Shown: piece by piece, positions 47,326 through 57,447 of the stretch | Numbering within the stretch: the stretch's first letter is position 1 | Layout: each line of letters begins with the position of its first letter | NCBI GenBank assembly: GCA_905178155.1 | Contig: CAJINV010000019.1 | Span: forward strand, 914,913 to 978,912 | Direction: 5' to 3' | DNA from: Amoebophrya sp. A120 | Lineage: Eukaryota; Protista; Dinoflagellata | Length of the DNA: 64,000 nt | Notes under the pieces: model-generated | What the model was told of the DNA's origin: nothing | The model's input: only the letters and a program-made list of their open reading frames with translations | Databases searched by the model: none | Translations under genes and position numbers: made by a program

Positions 47326-48894
47326 TTCTTCTATAATTCGGTTGAAGAGCAATCTTTTGTCTAAAACACAATGTATGATGCGGAAGTAGAACTACAAGTG
47401 GGTGGCGAAAAAGAATATAATCGAAACACAAAATAACTTTTTTCTTTCGAACTAGTGCGATGAGTGTACAACTACAAGATGAAGTCGCGTTTGCTGGTGC
47501 TAATACCTAGTCGAGATAGAAGTACAACTCAGATGTCTCACTACTTGGTTTCAGTTAGTGCGATGATGTTCTATCAACTACATACACAGGAATTTCGGGA
47601 ACCCGCTGAATTTGACGAAATTTCTTGCCTACGTTAAAGGCCCGGCGGTTCTTGTTAGTTTAGTTTATTGTGATCGTGATGCTAAATCTAGAAAGGTGGT
47701 AGGTGGTAATAAATAGCTCGGACGTGGCTGATTGCTAGCTTAGCAAATAAGGAATAAAATACCAGAGTTGATGTGCCTTTTTGAATGGTCACTGTTGACG
47801 TTGAGTTCTTTTTGAAGATCTCATACAACGTTTTCAAACTTCGCAATGCCACAATGCTTGACGTCATTTTTCGAGAACGTCATTTGTACGTTCCCCCTTA
47901 AAATGAGGATCTCGATCGCATTTTTTTTCTCTTCGTCATAAGGAACTACAGCGAAGAAGATTTAAACCGAAATGGAACGAAAGGGATCAAAAGAACATTG
48001 CAGCCATTTTGCCTGATCTTCGCGTATTTTTTACATTCGAGATCAACATCAAGACGTCGTCTTGCATCTGGCATTCCTGGATCTTCTGCAAGTAGAACTT
48101 CAGGCACTTAGTGTTATCGATCCTACAAGATTCGAACTCCACACCTGATTAAGACTGTTTTGAACACATTCCAGAGCATGATGAACCACCTCCACAAGGC
48201 AGCTTTTCTCTGCAGTGCGCGAAGCTCGTCATTCATTTCGCGCTCGTCCAGCTGTAGAAAATTAAGTACTCCGAGTACTGACGAAATTTTATTGCATCTA
48301 AAAGCGCGGAAAATAGTTCAAGAGAGCTCCTGCTGCCGCACAAGAAGCTGTAGCTGGCCGGTTTGCAGGAGCTTGATGGTGTCCAATTTTTTACATCAAG
48401 TTCATCCTCGACTTTATCTTACAATAGAAACCCTGATAGATAAAACACGCAATATCAACTCGTCACCTGGACTCGCAAATCGCAACCAGCAGAAGATAAA
48501 ACAAATCTGCCGTGCGACTTTTGCGGAGAGCCAAATGCGGCTTAATTTCTTCGTAGTAATTATTTTTATTTATTGGTGTAAAATAAAGTACCAACAGTTC
48601 TGGGCAGAAACGAAAGAACCATTGCCATAAGGAGAATGATGGCGGGAGGTCGGGAGGATTTTTTAGAAATGCAAGTTCAAGAACAACTACAGTTTACTGT
48701 TTTTCTTCGAAACGCTGCTATAGCTAGCTATTCTAGACGACTAGTTATTAATCATTGGAAAGGTAACATTTAGGAGGTGGTGGGTACATGCAAATTATGC
48801 ACAGGCAGTGCTACATCATCGAAGAACATTTTCATAGCGCAATATTACAACAAACTTGTTTTTCCTTTTCCGTCATGATCTTCTCCTCTTCTAC

Positions 48895-49451
48895 CTAATA
48901 CCCCATCTGGCGCAGCAGCACTTCCGTTATTAAGAGGAAACATCCCCCCTCCCCATATCGAAAAGGTATGTCTCCGGAAATTTGTGTTGCTGATTTGCGA
49001 CCTCAAATCACGTCTGTCCTGCAAGAAGGCATCTCCACAAGCTCCGCAGCATTGTGCAGGCGATTTGTGATGCTGATGGGCCTACAGCACGGACGTTTCT
49101 CATGCTAGACGCCTAGGCCAGAGCCTCTCTACTTAGGCTTAGTATGGGGCTGCATTCCTCTCCAGCAAGACAAATCTTATTTGTGTACGCAAATCCTGCA
49201 TCAGAAACTTCGTTTTGATATCGGGAGGGGGGATTTTTCCTTTTGTTATCCGTGTAGGTCGACCCTCCCGCGCAAGCCGCCGCCGTACTACTCACTTTCT
49301 CCTTGGTGCCATCGCGTAAAAACCGCTGCGAATCGAAGAAGAGCTCCGGCTTCTTCTGATACCGCCAGTACGAGTCTCGGACCTTGGTCACGGCGGGCTG
49401 TGTTGAAGAATTATTGTGAAGATTTTCTCTTCTTGCTTCTCTGGTCAACAT
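48895..49451 (-). CDS. Small hypothetical protein or terminal exons (~76 aa), revealed by an introner
   Basis: Removing 48928-49248 plus one DR gives MLTREARR...GSTYTEVLLRQMGY-stop. Confidence 0.5.
48928..49248. mobile_element. Introner family F7, DR TCCGT
   Basis: DR at 48923-48927 and 49249-49253; TIR ggaaa.atcccccctccc.atatc. Confidence 0.88.
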
Positions 49452-50558
49452 GTTGTGCAAGAAAAAACCCTTTTACATGAAAAACCGACGTGCAGCACTG
49501 GAGTATCTTTCTATGAATATGCACGACACTACATCTACTTTATTGACATCTTCAATTCAACATCAACCAATACCTTCTGACTGGGCTTGTTGCAATTTGA
49601 CTGCTTGTGAAACTGAGAGCACTGGTTCAAATTCCCGACACGATCACACTGCCTGGGGATCGAAGTGATCCCGACTCCTGAGGCTGGGGGCATTTTTTCG
49701 GAAGTAGAATTCTTGTTTTACTTTTACTAGAGAAATACTTCGATGCTAGTATTGGTTTCTCTTGTTGTAGAAGTTGTTCTTTCTCTGCGTACTAGATGAG
49801 AAACAACTCGGCTCTTCTTCTCCCTGATGGCTGCGCATGCAGTAAAAACAACACGTTACAGGTTTAGCTTTGATATGCAACAATTTCTCAAAAATGGGGC
49901 CTGTCATGTTTTGTGGTTGTGCGGAACAAGATTCATTCTATTCAAGTCTTCTCATGCGGAGGCTGCGCAGGAAAACTCCCTCTGTTTATTCATCGAGAAC
50001 GAAATCCGCTCAACACCATGAGTCGTCGGACGAGAATTCCTTTCCTGCGAAAACAAACAGGACAAAAACTTTTTTGTTTCTGGAGGACGAACGAAAAAAT
50101 CTACGTACTTATGATCCTCGCTCGGTTTTTTACTCGACTTTCGTTGACTTCAAGCAAATGAGTGTAGTACTTGCGCTGGGTGGTCTGGAAGGTGTACGAT
50201 GACAAATCAACTCTCAGGACGCCGTACGACTACGAAAGAAATTCGTGAAATTCACTGTTCGAAAGGGCGCTGTGAGTATGTCGCACCGCTGCGCCATTCC
50301 TCCGTTCATGTTGCGTGCAAGCAATCACGGGTACACACGACATCGATCGAGGAACAGCCGTGCGATGCACTCGCGGCGCGCAATACTCGCACCAAAAAAA
50401 AGGAACAGAGACGCGCAGTAAATTAATGAAAAATCGCAGCAGCCAGTCTGCACGAACGGGAACGACAGAAACGGAAATAACCGTGTGGAAACTTACAGAC
50501 CTCCTATGTGAGCACCACCTTGGAGTCCTCATCTTTCCTAGTCCTCTGCTAAAATCAC

Positions 50559-51080
50559 CTAATCCGAATACGAAAAATACAGCACATCTCCGTCATGTAA
50601 ACTCACCGGCGGCTTTCCACTGCTTCGCCCGAGTGCGTTCTGCTCTTCAACCCTTGTTCTCGAAAGCCCTAAAAATTCCTGCACGGACAACGAAGATCCA
50701 GCCTCAGTAATATCACCAGTGTCGTAACACCCGCCCGCAAAAATGCCACTGAAATCCGTCACCTTCCCCACGTTCCAATCGTGGAGGGGCTGCCGGAACT
50801 ACTCCATCGGGTCTGGATACCGCTTATCCGTCCGGTTTACCAAGTCCGCAAACCCGCGCCATCCCTGCAGCTTGGACTCCCTATGCACTACAGTGTTCTG
50901 CTCTACGTCTTCGTCGTAAAGCCTCCTGTACTCGATCGGCTCCTTGCCCCACATGTCCTGCGTCCGCGCCCGGCGGTCGAAGAGCTCCGACAAGGTCGGG
51001 GCCTCCCGCGTCGTCCCAATTTTTTTCGCGGCCCCCAGTATCGTCGCGCCCGCGCGCTTCGGGTCGGCGGTTACCGTCAT
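50559..51080 (-). pseudogene. DUF285-repeat gene relic
   Basis: Reads PDPME-stop-FRQPLHDWNVGKVTDFSGIF: one DUF285-type repeat preceded by an in-frame TAG at 50799-50801. Confidence 0.55.
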
Positions 51081-51120
51081 GAGTCACTGCTACAATGCCC
51101 TGTCTTAACAAAAGAACCTA

Positions 51121-52392
51121 GCTGTTTTTATTTTTAGTGCTGTTCGCTAAAATCAAAAATCTGTGTTGCATGATTACCAAAAGTCGTCCAGTTTTGACCA
51201 AGTCGCGAGGGAGTTTCTGACGCAGGATAGGCATGAGAGAGATCGCACAGAATCTGTCATGCTAGGTCCTGCATTCCAGACCTCATGGGTCATGGAAAAG
51301 CTGCATGACAAGTCGCGCATTCTTCCAGACCCAGACATTTTTGCATTGGATAGCGATCAGTGCGTCCGCCGGCCACTCCGTGTACCAGTCGATCACGCAG
51401 CAGTTCACCAAGCTGGGAAACTGGCGCAGCCGCGCCCGCCAGGAGTCCCCGATGGGCGAGAAGCAAAGCACGACCTTCATCAGGGTGCGGACCCGCGAGA
51501 TGAAGTAGGCGTACAGCTCCGCCGGCGCGCCGGACAGGCATTTTCCCTCCTGTTTCGCGGCGGGGCGGACCAGCTCGCACAGGTTCATGCGCTCGTCGGC
51601 CGCGAACAGGTTGGGCACCTCGCCGGAGTTCAGCAGGTTGTTGATATCCTCCACGAAACCCTCGTCTTTGATCTGCGAGTCCGTGAACAGGAACACCGTG
51701 GAATCGCCCTTTCCGCCAGCGTTCGTCAGGAGTTTTTTGATGTCCTCCCGGAACGCAATGATGTCGTAGCCCTTTGCGATCTCGATCTGGAAGATGGTGT
51801 AATCCGCCAGGAAGGACGCCAACTTCGTGCACGACTGGCGCCCGGAACCCCCCACACCCACCAGAAGCGCGTTGCCACCGGGTGTCCGAACCACCCGCGC
51901 AACCCGCGACAAGTGCTCCAGCATGTACAAGAAGCATACCTGGACAAGTATCAAGTTTTCACAGTACGTCCTGTCCAGTTGTTTGCAAAGTCATACGACC
52001 TCCATGTCCTCGATCCTATGCAATACAAATTTTTGCCTATTCCAGAAATCACATGACAAGTTCCAACTCTTCCAGACCCAGACATTTTTGCATTTGATGC
52101 CATGATCTGCTGCGCAATCACGGAGAGAGCCTCGACGTCGATTATCAAAAGGAAAAATCTCCCCTCCCCATATTGACAAGGCACGTTTTCGAAAATTTGC
52201 GCTGCTGATTTGTGACCACAAATCGTCTCTGTGTTGCATGAAGGCAACCCCACAGGCTCCGCCGCATTCTAGAGCCGGTGTCCCATGCTGTTGTTCCTAC
52301 AGTGTAGACTTCTGTCACGCTAAGCGCCTAGGCCAAAACCTGTCTACTCAGGCTGTTTTCATTTTTAGTGCTGTTCGCTAAAATCAAAATCT
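51121..52392. repeat. ~42-bp direct repeats (51121-51162, 52352-52392) flanking a ~1.19-kb displaced fragment
   Basis: gctgtttt(t/c)atttttagtgctgttcgctaaaatcaaaa(a)tct occurs at both ends. Confidence 0.85.
51353..52142 (-). pseudogene. Dynein heavy-chain fragments: AAA4 exon 51353-51939 and an AAA1-derived mini-exon 52100-52142
   Basis: LEHLSRVARV...GNALLVGVGGSGRQS...EDINNLLNSGEVPNLF...RQFPSLVNCCVIDWY and IDVEALSVIAQQI are axonemal dynein motifs. Flanked by truncated introners (~51154-51352, ~52016-52099, 52143-52354). No other dynein exons nearby. Confidence 0.88.
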
Positions 52393-54473
52393 TGAAGCGG
52401 TGCCGTCTACTTTACCAACAAACCAAGATGAGTGAGAACAGCGGAGACGGGCTCGACTTTAGAAGTACCTCGCTTGTGGATCATTGTGTATAGTACCGTT
52501 CGTCATTATCATTAGCAACTTTCTCCTCAACGTAGGTACTACCCCCGTTGTAGTCGCAGAGCCAGAGGTCGTACGTTCTTGTACAAGGAAATTATCATCC
52601 CAATGCTCCGTGATCTCGTCCTCCCCACCCATATTTATACAGCGCAAGTAAAAGCGGAAGAATACGAGTAGTCGACTGAAAAATACGCTAACTTACTTCC
52701 CCCACATCTGCAATCGTCGATGAAACAGAATGAAATCGATCTACCCAGTGCGAAATACATTAATGAAGCACGACGGACGATCCGAGGAATCTGCAGCTTT
52801 GTGGACGTCGATGTCCCCAACGAAACTACTGTGTCTGAGTCTGCTGAACATGGGCTATCACATCCACAATAAACTCGTCGTGGGTCTAAAAGTTAGTAGT
52901 AAGCCGAGCGCATACAGGTACAACGACACCGAGAGCAGTAGACCACAAGAAAGAGAAAAACGATCAGGAAGGGGCCACTGCCCAGTGATTTGACAGCAAC
53001 AGCGCATGCTCCAGTAACTATAGAACTCAGCCAGGGGGCAATCTTGATAGATGATGATGTTGCCGCTGAGCGCTTCCGAAGATTCGTAGTTTCCATCTCA
53101 ACATCATACACACATCATCATCATCGTGTTAGTGCTTGTCCTGTGAAAGTTTCTGTCGTTCTGTTCATTCTCTTCCATTTTTTCTTGGACGTGCACAAGA
53201 GCCTGGTGCTTTCGAAATTTCGGTGTCACTCTACAGCCCAGGTTTGATCCTGGATGCGATAGAAAGCCACCCCTTGCCGTACTTCACTTCTCTTCCACTT
53301 GGCTTTTTTTTTCTTGCTCTTCAACCAACATTATACAAAAAAAATAACTGAAATACTAAATCGTTTTTGTGGAGCAACAAATAACATATGCTTCGCGTTA
53401 CGGTCTCATAGCTTTCCGTTCTTTATCTTTTGCCTTCGTTGAAAAAAATTATACATTCAGATTCATTGCACAGCTTGCTGATGAGACTACGGGCCGCTGC
53501 ATGGAACGGAGTGCGACGGAGATTGTGGGGCGGAATGCTTGCGTGTTGGTAGCGCCCACAATATCCGACATCATTTCCTATGCAAAAACGACCCGCTTCG
53601 TCTCTTAGTACTGCGGTATAAATCTTTCTTCAGAGCTGCGTTCAACCGATCCTAAGTAGTCAGATTACGAAGATTTCTTCTTGTTTATCATGCTCTTGTG
53701 TGCTAACAAACATTTTAGTTTTGCGCGAATGACAGTAATTATGAAAGTTGATTTCGATTGATCCTCGATGTATGCTTAGTGGTTGCCTAGTTGTTGTTGT
53801 ACTAAGCTCCTGACGAAGGAATAAATCTCTGCACTGCAAATGCTTTTTGCTCAGCGCCGTCGTTGGATTAAGTCATCCAAGGTGATGAATGTAAGTACTT
53901 ATTCTGTTCGCGTTCGGCGCTGTCGCAGTAAAATTTCCTTGAATCCTCTTCCTCATTAGTTCCTCAAATCTGAGGAACTAAAAATGAGAATTAGAGTGTC
54001 AAATTCCCAGTTTATATTCTTGTGCGTCCCTTGACAAAGAGCGCAAAGTGTAAAAGTCGCGCTGTGTGTGACGAGGACGAGCTGTTTTTTTTGTCTGAAT
54101 CTTCAAAACAGGACGAATTATTAATCCAACTAGATACTTAGATACGAATTGAGCCAAACTGGAGAAGATCAACATGTTTACTTTGTCGTGAAGTCGTGCG
54201 CTCTGCCGATTCGTTTTTGCCCCTTCTGCCAACATATCGTTTCAAAAATCCCGGCCAATACACATTTAGCGCCATTTTATGGCACCGCCTGGCGGCCGCT
54301 TCAATATCCGGGCGACGGAGCGCGGCAATGAAGCTGGATGGTACTAGTTCAAGTTCATACGTCGTGTTTAGCATTTAGTGCGCAAAACTTGGATTCAAAA
54401 TAAACTTGGCTGTCGTGGCCGCGCCAGACTCTGCCAGTGATGCTAGTAGATACAATCAACCTGTAGAAGTTGT

Positions 54474-56622
54474 CTACCTCTTTGTCCTCCACCTTTCTTT
54501 GACACTATCCGTTGAGAATTTAAATGCCCTTTTCCATATCACACGGCTAAACGCTTCACTTTTAAAAACTTCACTTGCTAAAAAAAATCTTTTTTTAGTG
54601 AGGTTTGGCGCTGTTGCTTACAGCATCAGCAGCTACGTGCCGACGACGGCATTGCGGCGCGTGCACCTTCTGCATCAGTGGAAGGACGACTGGGCCTTGC
54701 TTTGGGGGGTAGAGGTTGGCAGTTGACTAGTGAAGACGCCACGGCTTATAATTCTGAGAGCGAAACTCCCGAAGAGTCTTCATTTGAGTAAGATGAAAGC
54801 AAAGCGGAGACTTTTGTGTGCGAAAAAGTGAAAAAGTCGATGACTTGACAAAAAAATGAATCGCTTGTGGGTTTTTTGAGCGTAGCACCGGCCGAAGAAT
54901 CAGCAAAAATCCAGAAACTGGCTCCGGTGACAAACGATTCACTTTGGCCATATTTGGCCGCCGCAGCATCGGCGCAAGCTTCCAAAAACGAGCACTTTTG
55001 AAAATCATCGAAATGGTGCATCAAAGCGATGCTTTTGTGACAAGTGCTATGTTTTTGAGGCGTTTTGGGTTGGACTCAGCTCGTGGCTGACAAGCGATTC
55101 ACCTCACAAAGTTGGCCAGTTTTGGTGGCCCGAAAGTGGCTCTGTTTTTGAGGCCTTTTGGGTTGGAGCATAGGCGTGGCTGACAAACGATTCACCTCCT
55201 CGAAACAGCTGCTTTGCTTTCAGAGATCCAAAAAATCCCCCAAAGAAAATTTTTTTTAAGGAGTGAAGTTTTTAAGCGTGAAGCGTTTAGCCTTGTGATA
55301 TTCCAACAGTCGTGTTCTTCATTATCCGGCCAGGGGCGCTCCTCGCCGTGCCGCGCCTTTGCATAACAACCACACTCGGCAAGAGCCAAGCGGTGGAAAA
55401 CAAGCGTGTTATGCATTGTAGCTATGTCTGGGTCTGGAAGAATGCAGCCTGTCATGCAAACTCTCGATCACATAAAAATTCGTGTTGCATGAACGCCAGT
55501 AGTTGCCCTTGCTAGGGAAAAGCTAATTTCTCATTCTCATTCGGAATTGGCATGAGGATTGTCTTGCAAACTCTGTCATGCTTCTCTGTGCAACGCAGTT
55601 GCAGACACAGACCATGACCATGTGCGTGGTCCGCCGCGAGATGCAAAACAAATTTTGCACTCTTCAAGACCCAGACATATTTGGAATGCATACGTGTACA
55701 GGAACATCGAGTCTGTTGCTACTGGCTCCGCGCCTACTTCCTGTCGACGGCGATTCGCCAGTACCGCATCCCAGGCCTCGAGGTTCTGGTCGAATGCATG
55801 AGCGCGGTCGAACATAGACACGACGTTTTTCAGCTTCGTGGTCACCTCCCATTCTCCGAGGTCCTGATTGAAGCTTCTGGCAGTGGCAAACATATATTCC
55901 ATGTTTTCTACCTCGCTCACGCGCCACGAGCGAATCGAACGGTCGTTGAAGTCACGGCAGCCGAAAAACATCCAGTCCATCCTTTGCACCGTACTCGTGT
56001 CCCAGTATAGCGGCTGATTAAAGCCCTGGCCGCAGTCCGCAAAAGCAGCGCTCATGTCTCTGATACCCCTGGTATTCCAACGCGAAATCCGAAAAGACGG
56101 GACATACATCTGACTCCACCGAAGCGACTTGTATTCATCATAGTGGCAAAACTCTGGAAGCTTGTCAAGCCCGCCAACGTCCCACTGCTCCACCGGGCCG
56201 TATCTTGCCTCGGCGGCGTTCCGAAGATCCTCGTAATTTTGCTCGCTTTGATTCCCGTCTGGAGCTCTGATAGTTCTAGCTTCGTCAGTCCACCAAAGCT
56301 GCATAGCCTCCTCGAGTTCCTGCAGAGACCGGAAAGCGCGGAAAACTTGCTGCCTCCTGTGGCCTAGGCTCTTTTCTGCTTCCTGCAGTGCTGCCCGAGT
56401 TCCCTTCGAGACCCGGGCGAGTCTCCCGTAGTCCCGTTCGGTGCGGAGGAAGCCTTGGAAACGATTGTTAAGCACTTCTTGCACTACTGGATCATCTCTT
56501 CCAAGAAAAATAGCGCGGCCCCGTTGATCTCGATTGTTGTCAGGTTCAACCCTGGCAGCGACGACCATTGTGGTCGCCACAGCAAAGACTGTGAAGATGT
56601 TGAAGCTCAAACTACGCATCAT
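54474..56622 (-). CDS. Secreted DUF285 (BspA-family-like) repeat protein, ~363 aa, 2 introners
   Basis: Signal-peptide-like N-terminus; repeats ISRWNTRGIRDMSAAF, FNQPLYWDTSTVQRMDWMF and FNQDLGEWEV...VVSMF; spliced length 1092 nt. Confidence 0.82.
54537..55300. mobile_element. Long (764 bp) introner-type element, ~60-bp TIRs, DR TTCCA
   Basis: Ends tatcacacggctaaacgcttcac and gtgaagcgtttagccttgtgata; DR at 54532-54536 and 55301-55305; internal ~56-bp repeats at ~55050 and ~55143. Confidence 0.88.
55410..55692. mobile_element. Introner family F1, DR CGTGT
   Basis: F1 TIRs; junction FLYT|LVF in frame. Confidence 0.9.
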
Positions 56623-57447
56623 GTTCGTGGTAAAGGCAATGCTAACAAGAACTCGAACAAGTTAAACTTAAAGTTAATGTTTGTACACGCCGTACTGGTA
56701 AAAGATAACGTAAGATTCCAAAACTTTTAGGCCTGCAACTTTGATTCACTCATGCATCGTCGATGAGTTACGCCACTCGGAGCTGCAACTTTAGGTGTAA
56801 ATGTATGCTTAGAACAAGGATGTCAAGAACTAATGATCAACTTTGATCGTGATATGATGGTGATCCTTGACATATTTCGCATGATCGTGGTATTTCATAT
56901 GATCGTGATTGACGATGATCCTATGATGATTTAGATTTCCTCACTCGATCGAACCACTGTGCAAAAAGGAGATAAGTCCTTTCAGAGCTCGACTCTTCAT
57001 GATCAAGTGGATCGTATATTCTTGCGCTCCTCTTTAAAAACAGATCCAGGCTGTATTCTTTTTGAAAGTGAGTACATGCACCGACATCATTACAGAAGCA
57101 GGCGTCGTGTCTCTCTTGTTGCACTTCGCACAAAATGGGTAAAACTAAACAAATGAAAGAGGTTCTCGCATGGACTTTTCACAAACACCGGTGAAGACAG
57201 CAGTACAGACGAAGGATCAATAGAACACCAGAACTACACACAGAACGAAAGCGACTACGACGTGGATGAACGAGGTACGAAGTACTTATCACGATGACAT
57301 TGCAATTCTTTCTCATCCCAAGAAGAAAACTGTTTCTTCAGTCACAAACTTTGCAACTTTTCGAAATTTCAGCACAAAAATTCGATTTCAAGACGAAGAC
57401 GAAACAACATCGTATAAAAAACAAGCAGTGACCACCTTCGGCCTTTT

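Noticed and set aside
50799-50801. TAG readthrough or an alternative genetic code in the DUF285 relic
   Set aside because: Other genes here end normally at TAG (for example the DUF285 gene at 54474 and CEP120 at 34509); pseudogene decay is simpler.
51283-51954. Functional dynein heavy-chain gene
   Set aside because: Only about 210 codons of a >4000-aa protein; flanking introners are truncated and no further exons lie nearby.
53957-53980. Perfect 10-bp hairpin tagttcctca-aatc-tgaggaacta
   Set aside because: Isolated; no supporting context for a terminator or RNA gene.
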